Positions 40,256 through 51,435 of a DNA stretch of 55,115 bases are shown piece by piece. Origin of the DNA: Spirochaetia bacterium. Its GTDB lineage: Bacteria > Spirochaetota > Spirochaetia > CADAEX01. The position numbers and the translations under genes are program-made. The notes under the pieces are model-generated. The model searched no databases, was not told the DNA's origin, and was given only the letters and a program-made list of their open reading frames with translations. The stretch's first letter is position 1; every line of letters starts with the position of its first letter. The stretch covers positions 1 through 55,115 of the forward strand of contig CAXXHA010000018.1 in assembly GCA_963662265.2 (NCBI GenBank), read 5' to 3'.

Positions 40256-41021
40256 TTAAAGGACAACCCTCTCCGCATCAAAAACAGGGCCGTCCCTCGC
40301 AGGCTTTTTCATAGCCCCCTTCTGTAAGCTTTACTGCGCATCCTGCGCATGCACCTGCCCCGCATGCCATAAATTCCTCTAGAGACAGATATGTTTTTAT
40401 CTTGTGCCGCGCAGCTATTGCCTTGACAGCCTTCATCATCCCGTGAGGACCGCAGGAAGCAATCGCATCAGGTTTGTCTTTTTCAAGCCATTTTTCAAGG
40501 ACAACAGCAGCATTTCCGCTTTCCCCTTTTGACCCGTCATCCGTTGCAAACTCGATATTCAGGGGATGGGAATATTCATCAGGAAGGGCATCTTTAGTCT
40601 GTCCTGCCCACATCAGGCGGTCACTATCATTTCCTTCTGATTTTCTTATGCTGCTCAGAAACAGGACTGATGCAATTTCCAGTGCCTCCCCCTATCATCC
40701 ACATACTGCCTTTTATTTCAGGGTATATGTTTCCAAGCGGGCCTATGATATCCAGTTCTGTCCCTTCGTCCAGTTCTGAAAGTGCATCTGTCACTTTCCC
40801 TATTCCCCCTTATGACAAGAACAATGTAATCACTTCCTTTTCCTGCCAGGGAAAAGGGGCGTCTCAGATATCTGCCTGATTCTGCCGTAGGGGAAGTATT
40901 GTTACGAAATTTCCCGGCTGCGCAAGGGATGCAATCTTCGGGAGCCTTATTTTAAAGTTCGAATAGATTTTCTGCAATCTTTCTGTTGGATATGATTTTT
41001 CCGGTTTCTCTGATTTTTCAT
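40256..41021 (-). pseudogene. pyrK: Dihydroorotate dehydrogenase electron-transfer subunit, multiple frameshifts
   Basis: ATDDGS.G, CGP..MM, SLEE.MACG.GAC.GC [2Fe-2S] motif and DGPVFD...*. N-terminus reconstructed as MKIRETGKIISNRKIAENLFE. Confidence 0.8.
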
Positions 41022-41206
41022 TTGAAACTGATTATAGTTTAATACACTGCCTGATTCAATATTGTAAAAATTATTTCTTTACATCATCAGGAAATTACTG
41101 CTGCTGTTTGTAAATATGATAATTCTTGACACAGAAACTGCTTTTGGAATTCTGGTGATAAAGATATGACAGTTGAATATCTGAAAACTGAAACTCGATG
41201 TTCTGC

Positions 41207-42196
41207 CTAAGTAATGGAATTCTCAAGCTTTTTAAGCTGTTCAAGCGTAGTCCGGGTAAGGCGGCTAAGGAGTTCCTCCCTTATCTGCATGCTGGTTTCA
41301 TTTTTCGCTTTGTTCTCACATTTTTGTCGTTTTTGCTCACCTTCCTGTTGCGGTAATAAAGATCCATATCGACAAACCTTTTTCCCGATTCATTGTATTC
41401 AAGTCCCATCAGGATCCGTTTGATTTTTTCAGGTTTTTCGAGTGAGAACAGCCTGACCTGATAGGCAAGTACAGACATCAGGACCATTGCATGGTCTCTT
41501 GTCCATGTCTCTCCAAGTATCATTCCAACATCAAGGTCAGAAAAAACTGTAAAAAGCCTTTCATAGTGTGTTTCATAATGATCTGCTGAATCATAAATAT
41601 TGATTCTCATCTCATACCACTGCCTTTCATCGAGTGACTGGGTTAAAAGCCTTGCTCCCTGTTTTCTTAAGTCCCTGTAAAGTGAAAGATTGTCCTTCCT
41701 TATAAGCATTGGAGTGCAGATAATATCAGCTGATGTCAGTGTTTTTGACAGCGGGGTATTTGTCAGTAATACTATAGTATCATCTGCTTCCCCCTCATAG
41801 ACTGCCTGTTCTATATTTTTCATGTATTCGGCACTGTATTTTTCCGAAAACATTTTCTCAATATCACTTCCGTCTCCGATAACCCTTACAAGGATAATAC
41901 CGGAACCGAGCTGAGCAGTTTCTATCATTTCATGAACTTCAGGAAGCAAACAGCTCTGACAGGATCTGGGAAGATTCAACCGGTATCCTTACTATTTTTT
42001 CCGCATCCTCTATTCTGGTTTTTTCAAGACCTGTCGGAGTAAGGAACAGCAGTGTCTGGAATTCATCCACCTCTTTCCAACCCTCCTCGAAAGTCACTAT
42101 CTTACCGCTGCATTTTTCAACCAGATATTCAGCAAGAGGATTGATCCTGTCTGACCTGATAAAGACATTACGGGCAGTTCTCCGGATAAACAGCAT
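41207..42196 (-). pseudogene. Hypothetical protein, apparently one gene broken by two frameshifts; C-terminal R-x-x-D-x-D motif reminiscent of CitX
   Basis: ORF 42196-41939 continues into ORF 41979-41281 if one T is removed near 41947. A third frame carries on ...MQIREELLSRL...ENSIT* to 41207. Confidence 0.55.
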
Positions 42197-42224
42197 AAAA
42201 TAGTTCTCCTTATATAAGCAGGTT

Positions 42225-42887
42225 TTATAAGCCTATTTTAGGCGTCATAAGCCGGGCACTCTCTGTTCCCGGCGGGTATTTAATCTTGATAATCTTTCTG
42301 TTTTTCAGTGAAATAATATTTATAAAGGGGATTCCGTTCAAAAGGACTGTATCTTCATATTTTTTTTCTATTTCAGGCAGATTGTCTCCAAATAGATAGA
42401 AGTCTGCATCAACAGCCTGATCACTGTATTGATGGGAGAAGCAGAATGAAATATTCTTAAGCTGTATCCTGCTCATTTCAGGCAGAATTATGCTTCTTCG
42501 TGAAAATTCATCTATTGTTTCCCTGTTGTCATGGTTCCCCGGAACAAGGCAAATTTCTTTTACAGGGAGTTTTTCAATTTTGTTCAGAATTTTCCTTATC
42601 TTTGCTGAATATTCGTTCAACTGCCCGGGCCTGAATTCCAGTTTTATATCATCAATCATGTCTCCTGTGTGGATAAGGGCTTCCGGTTCAAGCTTTTTTA
42701 CAAGCCTGAATATAAAAGGATAGATAAAACCGGGTGTATCGCTTATATGGATAAGGATAGGTTTCTCCAGCTTTCTCAGCTGAGGTGTAATATAGGGTAT
42801 ATTGAAAAGGCTTAAAATCCCGGTCAATAGTGAGTTTCTGAAACTTCCCATAACAAAAATGTTAGGAGAAATATATAGCGTAGTCAA
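42225..42887 (-). CDS. Calcineurin-like metallophosphoesterase
   Basis: HISDT, HTGD..D, PGNHD and FSH motifs; start may be MGSFRN. Confidence 0.8.
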   Translation of the reverse strand: MTTLYISPNIFVMGSFRNSLLTGILSLFNIPYITPQLRKLEKPILIHISDTPGFIYPFIFRLVKKLEPEALIHTGDMIDDIKLEFRPGQLNEYSAKIRKILNKIEKLPVKEICLVPGNHDNRETIDEFSRRSIILPEMSRIQLKNISFCFSHQYSDQAVDADFYLFGDNLPEIEKKYEDTVLLNGIPFINIISLKNRKIIKIKYPPGTESARLMTPKIGL

Positions 42888-43043
42888 CTGTATGAACTTA
42901 AAAAGTGTAAAACAATATGATAATTATCACCCTGTTGAATAATAAAAGCCTTCTGGCAGCAGAGGGGAATGTTTACAGGAAAAATTACTGGATTTTTTCC
43001 AGTATACCCCTTATTCTTCTTAAAATCTGAACTGATGGAGTAT

Positions 43044-44195
43044 ATGATGATTGCAGACAGAATCAGCGGAATGGGAACAACAATATTTGCAGTAATAAAC
43101 AGCCTTGCAGCAGAATATAACGCTGTAAACTTAAGCCAGGGGGCGCCTGATTTTGATACAGAAAAATGGGTTCTTGATATAGTGAAGAAATCATTTGACA
43201 GGGGAAGAAACCAGTATGCACCTCTTCCCGGAGTTCCCGAGCTCAGATCTGCAATTTCTGACCTCTATGAGTCGGAATATTCTCTTTCCTATAATCCTGA
43301 TACTGAAATATCAGTTACCACAGGCGCCACAGAGGCTATTTATTCAACTGTAACCGGCTTTATAAATCCGGGTGATGAGGTTATTGTCTTTGAACCTTTC
43401 TATGATTCATACATAAGTTCTGTAAAGATGGCAGGAGGCATTGTAAGGCCTGTAACACTGAAGTTTCCCGATTTCAGCTTTGAAAGTTCAGATATTGAAA
43501 AGAATATTTCTCACAAAACAAAGATGATTATTATCAACAATCCCCACAATCCCGCAGGACGTGTATTCAGGAAGGAGGAACTCAAGATTATTGCCGGGAT
43601 TGCTGAAAAGCATGATCTGATTATCCTGAGCGATGAAGTATACGAGTTTCTTGTGTACGGGGAGAATAGGCATATACCGTTTGCATTTCTTGAAGGGATG
43701 AAGGACAGAACTGTAACTGTATCATCAACCGGCAAGACCCTGAGCTGTACAGGCTGGAAAATAGGCTATGCATCAGCTCCTGAGCATCTTACAAGGGGGA
43801 TACGGGGAGTAAGGCAGTGGACAAGTTTTTCTGTCAACACACCTCTTCAGCTTGCAATGGCTGAAATTCTCCCCAATATGAAAAGCCATGTGGATGATTT
43901 CAGGGACAGGATGGACAGGCACCGAAAACACCTTACAGATGAGGCTTTAAAATGCGGTTTCAGACCAGCCCCTGCCGAGGGGGGGTATTTTTTCCTTGCT
44001 GAATTTAATGGGATTTCAGATCTTCCCGGGTTTGATTTTGTCAAATGGCTTATAATGGAAAAACAGGTTGCCCTTATTCCTGTTGAAGGATTTTACTCAT
44101 CAAACAGGGACGAGGGGAGAAAACTTGTGCGGTTTAACTTCGCAAAATCACTTCCTGTAATTGAACAGGCTATTGAAAACCTTGCAGGAAGATAA
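43044..44195 (+). CDS. PLP-dependent class I/II aminotransferase (YbdL/kynurenine-glutamine transaminase-like)
   Basis: AVNLSQGAPD, NQYAP..G, TTGATEA, NNPHNP, SDEVY and SSTGKT...TGWKIG (PLP Lys). Confidence 0.92.
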   Translation: MMIADRISGMGTTIFAVINSLAAEYNAVNLSQGAPDFDTEKWVLDIVKKSFDRGRNQYAPLPGVPELRSAISDLYESEYSLSYNPDTEISVTTGATEAIYSTVTGFINPGDEVIVFEPFYDSYISSVKMAGGIVRPVTLKFPDFSFESSDIEKNISHKTKMIIINNPHNPAGRVFRKEELKIIAGIAEKHDLIILSDEVYEFLVYGENRHIPFAFLEGMKDRTVTVSSTGKTLSCTGWKIGYASAPEHLTRGIRGVRQWTSFSVNTPLQLAMAEILPNMKSHVDDFRDRMDRHRKHLTDEALKCGFRPAPAEGGYFFLAEFNGISDLPGFDFVKWLIMEKQVALIPVEGFYSSNRDEGRKLVRFNFAKSLPVIEQAIENLAGR

Positions 44196-44664
44196 ATTCT
44201 ATATACATGTGAATTGTGATATTTCCAATCCCATTGCAGTCTGTAAAATTATATGAAACTGTTTAAAACAGTTTTGTAAATTGATTTAACACTTGTGTAA
44301 ATCAAATTTACAAATTCACCTCAACGGAACTCCGTATAACTTGTTGTTATGCGTTTCATGAGAAAAAATCATTGTACATTTTCAAAAAAGGGTTTTTGGT
44401 TATAATATTCACCAATCAGGCCGTTGTATTAAAAATTATTATGATAATTATAATATAATATTGGGTAAAATGGATTTAAAACTGTTTTTCTCAATTCATC
44501 TGCTCTGTTTCTTCACGTAATAATCAAAAAAACATGCTTTATCCGATTATCAGTTATCAATACCCAGAGTTATAGATTGCTAAAATTTAATTCCTTTAAT
44601 TAACTTTATTGACACGTTTTCTGTTTGGGAGCATAGTTATAAAAAACAACGGCGAGAAGTATTT

Positions 44665-44991
44665 ATGCAGAAAACAGTTCTAAGTGAAATTTTAAAATCA
44701 GAAAAAGAGGCAGAAGCAATAATTCAGGAAGCAAGAGATAAAGCTGCTGAAATTGTATCAAAAGCTGATGCTGAATATAACAATTCTGTTTCAAAAGCCA
44801 GAGAGGAAAACCAGAAGAAAATTCAGGAAGAGATTCAGAATGCCCAGAAAAAAGCTGAAGAAGCTTTTAAGGATGCAGTCAAAGAGGCTGAAAAAGAAAA
44901 CAGTGAATTTTTTGCTGAGAGTGAGGGGCGTACCGAAGCTGTAGCTGAAAAAATAGCAGAAACACTTCTGAAACCTGAATATGAAAAATAA
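44665..44991 (+). CDS. V/A-type ATPase peripheral stalk subunit G/H
   Basis: 108-aa Ala/Glu/Lys coiled coil (EKEAEAIIQEAR..A); first gene of the operon. Confidence 0.8.
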   Translation: MQKTVLSEILKSEKEAEAIIQEARDKAAEIVSKADAEYNNSVSKAREENQKKIQEEIQNAQKKAEEAFKDAVKEAEKENSEFFAESEGRTEAVAEKIAETLLKPEYEK

Positions 44992-45009
44992 CAGCAAAAG
45001 GACTTTGAA

Positions 45010-46080
45010 ATGGGGCAGGGTAGGTTAAAAAAATACGCATTTATCAATGCAAAGCTGAGAGCCAGAATCAGCAATATTCTTTCAGATGAAGTTCTTGATC
45101 AGATGATAAAGGCACGGTCGCTGCCTGAAGCAATAAGGGTGCTTCATGACACCCCTTTTCAGATCATAGAAGAGGTTTACAGCAGAACAGGTGACCTTAA
45201 ACTTGCGGAACTTGAACTTTACCGGAAAGAAATATCACTTTACCATGAGCTTGAAAGATATGTCAGGGATGATGTCCTTGATTTTGTAAAAGCTCTTACA
45301 AGAAAATATGAGGTTGAAAACCTCAAGGCAGCGCTGAGGCTCTGGTTTGACAGGGCAGTGCGAAAAAGAAATATTGATGACTATACAGGTTATCTTTTCA
45401 GGGAAACAATCCATTACAATCTTCATGTCGATGAAATCATAAATGTAGAAACAATTGAAGGGGTTATCGAGATCCTTTCAGGCACACCTTATGCACAGAT
45501 CATAAAAGACAATTCTGCAGAGCTTGAAATTACAAAGACACTTTTTTCGATAGAAACAGCACTCGACAGATATTTCTACAAACATTTAAATGAAAAAGCC
45601 AAAAAACTTGAAAAACCAGACCTCGATATAACAAAGAGGATGATAGGTGTGGAAATTGATATGGAAAACATATCATGGCTTATCAGGTTCAGGGATTTCT
45701 ACAAGATGACTATGGCTGATGCGCTCAAAAACATGATCCCTTCCGGTCATCACCTGGATCAGAAAGCTCTTGAAGATGCTTTTTCAACAGGAGATTCTGC
45801 AGATATTATCAAGAATCTTATAAGTAAAAAGTATTCAAACCTTTCTTCAATGCTTGGTATGCAGAGTTCTGATAACCAGGGAAAACTTGTACTTGTAAGC
45901 AGACTCCTTGACCAGATTATTCTGTATGAGGTCAAGAAGGTAAAAGGCGGCTACCCGTTTAACATTGGTATTGTTCTTGCTTATTTTGTTCTCAAGAAGA
46001 ATGAGATGAGAAAGGTTATGACCATACTAAATGCTAAATATTATAATATAAAACAGGATAGAATTAAGAGTGTAATATGA
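45010..46080 (+). CDS. atpC: V/A-type ATPase subunit C
   Basis: YAFINAKLRA, L..TP(F/Y), E.ALDRY and EID..N motifs. Confidence 0.88.
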   Translation: MGQGRLKKYAFINAKLRARISNILSDEVLDQMIKARSLPEAIRVLHDTPFQIIEEVYSRTGDLKLAELELYRKEISLYHELERYVRDDVLDFVKALTRKYEVENLKAALRLWFDRAVRKRNIDDYTGYLFRETIHYNLHVDEIINVETIEGVIEILSGTPYAQIIKDNSAELEITKTLFSIETALDRYFYKHLNEKAKKLEKPDLDITKRMIGVEIDMENISWLIRFRDFYKMTMADALKNMIPSGHHLDQKALEDAFSTGDSADIIKNLISKKYSNLSSMLGMQSSDNQGKLVLVSRLLDQIILYEVKKVKGGYPFNIGIVLAYFVLKKNEMRKVMTILNAKYYNIKQDRIKSVI

Positions 46081-48122
46081 TGATGTTTACCACAAAAATG
46101 TGCCAGCTTGCAGCAATTGTTCTTGACCAGGATGCAGATAATGTAACCAAGGAACTGCTGAAGCAGGGTGTTCTTCATTTTGTTAAAGTTACAGAAGTAG
46201 AAGAGGATGCTAAAAGCATGATAACTTCTGTTTCTCCCAGAGTTTCACAGAGTAAAATACAGGATACCAGAAAGAGAATTGAGACTTTTTTCAACCTGAT
46301 TGACTACAGCCCTGTTGATATCAAGGAACTGGATATTTCAAAGCTCAATCCTGTAAATCTTGAGGACAGCAACGGAGAATTAGATATTGTTGCTTCCAAA
46401 CTGCAGAAAATCAGGGATAAGCAGAAAGGAATTCAGAAGGAGATCCACAAGCTTGAAGAAATAGACAGACAGCTTAATCTTTTTTCCGATCTCGGTACTT
46501 CCCTTGAAGGCAGGGAGAAATATTCATTTCTTTCTATAATAACCGGTAAAATTGAAGCATTAAAAGAGGAAGAGCTTGTAAATGCATTTCAGACTCTCCC
46601 GTCAGTACAGATAAAACTTTCTGAAAGTTCAGGTTATTCCACTATTCTCCTCATTACAATGAAGAGAGATTTAGGAAGAGTTGAAAAAATCCTTGAAAAA
46701 TTTGAATGGGATGAAGTTGAACTTCCGGATGATATAAACGGCCTCGGCAGTGATGCGAAGTCTGAAATTGCGGAAAGACTTAAATCACTGAAGGAAAAGC
46801 AGGATGAAATAAATAATTCTGCAAAAGAATTTGTCCTTGAAAAGAAAGAATATCTTGATGATATGTGGTCAAATTTGAGGATGAATGAGCTTTTCTACAG
46901 AATTCAGTCTTTCTACAGTAAAACATCCAGAACAATGCTGTTTTCAGGATGGCTTCCGGCTGCAAAAAGGGAGACGCTTGAGGAAAGTATCAGGGATATA
47001 ACAGAAGGAAGGTGTTATCTTGAGTGGAGCGATCCGAAAGAGATAAAGAAGGAAAAGAAGAAAGAGCCTTCTGTGCCTGTAAAAATGAAGAACCCGGAAT
47101 TTCTTTCCCCGTTTGAAATGCTTGTTAAAAACTATGCAATTCCTGAATACGGAACAGTTGATCCCACACCCATAGTAGCTGTTGCATATCTTATAATGTT
47201 CGGCCTTATGTTCGGCGATGTGGGACATGGATTTGTTATCGGAATTATCGGTATATTCGGAACTTTTATGCTTCGTAAAGAAGCAGGTACCGCTTTTCAC
47301 AAACTTTTCCAGCTCATGATATGGTGCGGAGTCTCGGCAATGATAACAGGGGCTCTTTTCGGTTCCTATTTCGGCTATAAATGGTTTGCTCCCATATGGT
47401 TTGATTACCACGGAATTATCGCAGGTCATGCTGGACCCGGTCTTATAACAGATATCGGCGGTATTCTTCTTATAACTATTTATTTCGGTATTGCAGTTAT
47501 CGGGCTTGGACTTGTTCTTAACTGGGTGAACTGTATTTCAAAGGGCAACTGGTTTAAGCTTTTCATGGACAAGGGGGGGCTCCTCGGAGGCTGGATGTAT
47601 TTTGCAGGTACATATGTGGCATTTTTCTTTGCGCAGCACAACTACAAAGAGCTTCCTGAAAGCAATCTTCTTTTCTTCCTTGTCGGTCTTCCTGCACTTC
47701 TTTTTATGTTCAAGCCGCCGCTTGAGTTTTATCTGCATAACAGGATGCACCCGGAAAACAAGCAGAAGTTTACTGTTTTTTCAATTATGAACTTCGGAAT
47801 GGAATGGCTTGTTGAGATGCTTGAAGTATTTTCAGGATATCTTGCAAACACTCTTTCATTCATGCGAGTTGCAGGGCTTGGTATTGCCCATGTAAGTCTT
47901 ATGATCGCTTTTGATCAAATTGCAAAAATGGTTACACCGGACGGCGGAATCAATATCTGGTCAATTCTTGTACTATTTGCAGGTAATGTTCTGGTAATCG
48001 GACTGGAGGGCCTTAGTGCCGGTATTCAGTCTTTAAGATTAAATTATTATGAATTCTTTTCCAAATATTTCAGCGGTAACGGCAAGGCTTATGCTCCGAT
48101 TTCCCTGAAAGGAAACAACTAA
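46077..48122 (+). CDS. atpI: V/A-type ATPase subunit I (a)
   Basis: DPTP, FGLMFGDVGHG, NTLSFMRV (essential Arg) and IQSLRLNYYEFF. Confidence 0.93.
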   Translation: MMMFTTKMCQLAAIVLDQDADNVTKELLKQGVLHFVKVTEVEEDAKSMITSVSPRVSQSKIQDTRKRIETFFNLIDYSPVDIKELDISKLNPVNLEDSNGELDIVASKLQKIRDKQKGIQKEIHKLEEIDRQLNLFSDLGTSLEGREKYSFLSIITGKIEALKEEELVNAFQTLPSVQIKLSESSGYSTILLITMKRDLGRVEKILEKFEWDEVELPDDINGLGSDAKSEIAERLKSLKEKQDEINNSAKEFVLEKKEYLDDMWSNLRMNELFYRIQSFYSKTSRTMLFSGWLPAAKRETLEESIRDITEGRCYLEWSDPKEIKKEKKKEPSVPVKMKNPEFLSPFEMLVKNYAIPEYGTVDPTPIVAVAYLIMFGLMFGDVGHGFVIGIIGIFGTFMLRKEAGTAFHKLFQLMIWCGVSAMITGALFGSYFGYKWFAPIWFDYHGIIAGHAGPGLITDIGGILLITIYFGIAVIGLGLVLNWVNCISKGNWFKLFMDKGGLLGGWMYFAGTYVAFFFAQHNYKELPESNLLFFLVGLPALLFMFKPPLEFYLHNRMHPENKQKFTVFSIMNFGMEWLVEMLEVFSGYLANTLSFMRVAGLGIAHVSLMIAFDQIAKMVTPDGGINIWSILVLFAGNVLVIGLEGLSAGIQSLRLNYYEFFSKYFSGNGKAYAPISLKGNN

Positions 48123-48157
48123 AAAAGGAAAAACAATTAAGGGAGGAGGTTTGGATT

Positions 48158-48529
48158 ATGTTCAACCCAAAAAAAGACTTTAAAAGAAAGGTGAGTTTCA
48201 GTCTGGTACTTCTTTTTGCAGCACTTGCAATGTTTGCTGTTGGAAGCGTTACAGAGGCAGTGGCACAGGATCATGCAGCAGTGGCTAAAGCTGAGATGTC
48301 AGAACAGGAAGCAGGGGTCGCTAAATTCGGTCTTATTGCGGCAGCTATTGCTTTCGGTTTCGGAGCACTCGGAGCAGGTCTTGCAATTGGTAATGTAGGT
48401 TCTGCAGCTATGGGCGCTATTGCTGAAAAACCGGAACTTGCATCTCAGGCACTTATCTTTATTGCTCTTGCGGAAGGTCTTGTAGTATTCGGTTTTATTA
48501 CTGCACTCATGATTCTCGGTAAAGTGTAA
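48158..48529 (+). CDS. atpK: V/A-type ATPase proteolipid subunit K (c)
   Basis: GALGAGLAIG..GSAAMGAIAEKPE...ALAEGLVVFG hairpin preceded by a leader. Confidence 0.92.
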   Translation: MFNPKKDFKRKVSFSLVLLFAALAMFAVGSVTEAVAQDHAAVAKAEMSEQEAGVAKFGLIAAAIAFGFGALGAGLAIGNVGSAAMGAIAEKPELASQALIFIALAEGLVVFGFITALMILGKV

Positions 48530-48536
48530 GGGAACG

Positions 48537-48842
48537 ATGAAATATTTTGTTATCGGCGATGAAGACGCTGTACTTGGATTCGGTCTTGTCGGGGTTAGAG
48601 GCGTAAAAGCTGAAAACCCCCAGGAGGCTGAATCTGCCTTTAACACAGCTCTTGAAGACAGTGATGTCGGAATCGTTATTATAGAGGACCGAATTGCTGA
48701 TATGATACGGCCCCTTGTCGACCGGTACATTTTCACGGAACAGTTTCCGCTGATTGTAGAAGTACCCGGCCGTGAGGGGAAAGACCCTTCAAGACCGGGA
48801 ATACGGGCTATGGTTAATGAAGCCATAGGGATAAAACTTTAA
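48537..48842 (+). CDS. atpF: V/A-type ATPase subunit F
   Basis: VIGDEDAVLGFGLVGV...PLIVEVP...AIGIKL. Confidence 0.93.
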   Translation: MKYFVIGDEDAVLGFGLVGVRGVKAENPQEAESAFNTALEDSDVGIVIIEDRIADMIRPLVDRYIFTEQFPLIVEVPGREGKDPSRPGIRAMVNEAIGIKL

Positions 48843-48861
48843 AACTATCAGGAATAACAAT

Positions 48862-49494
48862 ATGAAAACGTCCAGTGAAGATAGAAGTGAATTGATAGCC
48901 GGTATTAAACGGGATGCAGAAGCGGAAGCAAAAAGAATAATTGAAGATGCTGAAAGAACTGCATCAGATAAAATGCAGGCTAAGGATATGCAGGTAAAGT
49001 CTATTGAGAGAGACACTGCAAAGAAAATTGATCATCAGATTAATATTATTGAGAAAAACAGTTTATCTTCTATCAAGGTTGAAAAAAAACGGATTGCTCT
49101 GCAGATAAGGGAAAAACTGATAAATACAGTTATCGATAAAGTCAGGGAAAAAATACGTGATAAGGCTGATGCAGACGAGTATAAAGATATCCTCAAAGGG
49201 TGGATTCTTGAAGCCGCTATCGGTCTTGGAGAAGAAGAAGTTGAAGTCAACGGCTCCAAGAGAGAGCTTGAAATCATGACAGACAGCTACATAAAGGATG
49301 TTGAGAAAGAATACCATGATCTGACAGGGGGAAAGATCTCTATCAAAAAATCTGATAAAAATCCTCTTTTTGCTCAGGGTATTGTTCTTACATCTTTAAA
49401 TCATAAAACAGCATTCAACAATCAGGTACCTACCAGGCTGTTGAGGTATCAGTCTGATATGCGGAAAACTATTCACAGCGAATTTTTTGCATAA
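48862..49494 (+). CDS. atpE: V/A-type ATPase subunit E
   Basis: N-terminal coiled coil (I..DAEAEAKRII..A), C-terminal G(I)VL...FNN domain; operon position. Confidence 0.85.
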   Translation: MKTSSEDRSELIAGIKRDAEAEAKRIIEDAERTASDKMQAKDMQVKSIERDTAKKIDHQINIIEKNSLSSIKVEKKRIALQIREKLINTVIDKVREKIRDKADADEYKDILKGWILEAAIGLGEEEVEVNGSKRELEIMTDSYIKDVEKEYHDLTGGKISIKKSDKNPLFAQGIVLTSLNHKTAFNNQVPTRLLRYQSDMRKTIHSEFFA

Positions 49495-49662
49495 TTTTTA
49501 AGTACTTGAAATAAAAAGGGCTTTTGTGTTTTCAGGTTCTGATCCTTTTTACCCGGATTTCCGATCCGGGATACAGAGGTCAGTCTTCCCCCCTCTTTTT
49601 GCATAAATGACGGAATTACGGGGTAAATAACTGCAGAAGTTTCTATAATATAGAGGTTCATA

Positions 49663-51435
49663 ATGACAGAACGAATAATAGGACAGGTTAAAAGAGTTAA
49701 CGGTCCTGTAATTGAAGCAATGGGTGTAACAGATGCAATGATGCTTGAGCTTGTCAGAGTTGCAGATGTGCGTCTTATTGGAGAGATTATTAAACTTGAA
49801 GGTGATAACGCTGTAATTCAGGTTTACGAAGATACAACCGGGATATGTCCCGGAGACAATATTTACGGATCAGGTATGCCTCTTTCCCTCGAACTTGGGC
49901 CGGGGCTTATCGGTACAATCTATGACGGTATCCAGAGACCGCTTGAAGATATCTATAAAATTTCAGGCCATTTCATCGGAAGAGGAATCCAGGTTTCTTC
50001 CATTGATAAGGAAAAGAAATGGCATTTTGTTCCCTGTGAAATAGCACCCGGAACAGCTGTAACACCTGGAGCGATACTGGGAACTGTGCAGGAATCTGAG
50101 AGAATCAACCATAAAATAATGGTTCCTCCCGGAGTGAACGGAACTGTAAAAGCAATATCAGCTGAAGGGGATTATACTGTTGAAGAAACTGTTGCTCTTC
50201 TTGAAACAGCAGACGGCGAGAAGACTCTTACAATGGTGCAGAAGTGGCCTATCAGGTCGCCCCGTCCTGTAAGCGAAAGGCTTCCCCTTGATATTCCTCT
50301 TATTACAGGTCAGAGAGTAATTGATACACTCTTTCCTATTGCAAAGGGCGGTACAGTTGCCATACCGGGCGGTTTCGGTACAGGTAAGACAATGACACAG
50401 CATGCTGTTGCCAAGTGGTGTGATGCTGATATTATTGTCTACATAGGATGCGGTGAACGTGGTAATGAGATGACAGACGTACTTACAGAGTTCCCCGAGC
50501 TTATAGACCCCAGGTCAGGCAAGTCACTGATGGAAAGAACAATTCTTATTGCAAATACATCAAATATGCCTGTATCAGCAAGGGAAGCAAGTATCTACAC
50601 TGGTGTAACTCTTGCAGAGTACTACAGGGACATGGGATACCATGTTGCAGTAATGGCTGACTCCACTTCCAGATGGGCAGAGGCTTTGAGAGAGCTTTCA
50701 GGACGAATGGAAGAGATGCCGGCGGAAGAGGGATTCCCCGCATACCTGCCGACACGTGTTGCCGAGTTCTATGAAAGAGCAGGCTACATGAAGACTCTCA
50801 ACAATAAAGACGGTTCTGTAACACTGATCGGTGCGGTTTCTCCTCCGGGAGGTGACTTTTCAGAGCCTGTAACACAGCATACAAAGAGGTTTGTAAGATG
50901 CTTCTGGGGTCTGGACAGGCAGCTTGCAAATGCAAGGCATTATCCTGCTATTTCATGGCTTGAATCATACAGTGAATATCTTCTCGATATTACACCATGG
51001 TGGGAACAGAATGCAGGGGCTACCTGGGCTGATGACAGAAGTGAAATAATGGAACTTCTCCAGAAAGAGGTGAGACTTCAGCAGGTTGTAAAACTTGTAG
51101 GACCTGATGCTCTTCCAGACAGCCAGAAATTTATAATTGAAGTATGTACACTCTTTAAAAATGCCTTTCTTCAGCAGAATGCTTTCGATGATATCGACAG
51201 GTATTCAACTGTAGAAAAACAGATGAAGATGATGCAGATTATACTGATCTACTGGCGAAGGGGATCAGATGCAATAAAGAGGGGTGTTACTCTTGTCAAA
51301 CTTAAGAAGATGAGTGTTTACCAGGATATTATTAAGATGAAATTCAATGTGCCGAATGAAGATCTTAAAATGCTTGATAAGCTGGCTGTAAAGCTTGAAA
51401 GATCACTCGATAAACTGGAGTCAGTATATGCCTAG
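49663..51435 (+). CDS. atpA: V/A-type ATPase catalytic subunit A
   Basis: [31 protein letters not shown] and [14 protein letters not shown]. Confidence 0.97.
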   Translation: MTERIIGQVKRVNGPVIEAMGVTDAMMLELVRVADVRLIGEIIKLEGDNAVIQVYEDTTGICPGDNIYGSGMPLSLELGPGLIGTIYDGIQRPLEDIYKISGHFIGRGIQVSSIDKEKKWHFVPCEIAPGTAVTPGAILGTVQESERINHKIMVPPGVNGTVKAISAEGDYTVEETVALLETADGEKTLTMVQKWPIRSPRPVSERLPLDIPLITGQRVIDTLFPIAKGGTVAIPGGFGTGKTMTQHAVAKWCDADIIVYIGCGERGNEMTDVLTEFPELIDPRSGKSLMERTILIANTSNMPVSAREASIYTGVTLAEYYRDMGYHVAVMADSTSRWAEALRELSGRMEEMPAEEGFPAYLPTRVAEFYERAGYMKTLNNKDGSVTLIGAVSPPGGDFSEPVTQHTKRFVRCFWGLDRQLANARHYPAISWLESYSEYLLDITPWWEQNAGATWADDRSEIMELLQKEVRLQQVVKLVGPDALPDSQKFIIEVCTLFKNAFLQQNAFDDIDRYSTVEKQMKMMQIILIYWRRGSDAIKRGVTLVKLKKMSVYQDIIKMKFNVPNEDLKMLDKLAVKLERSLDKLESVYA

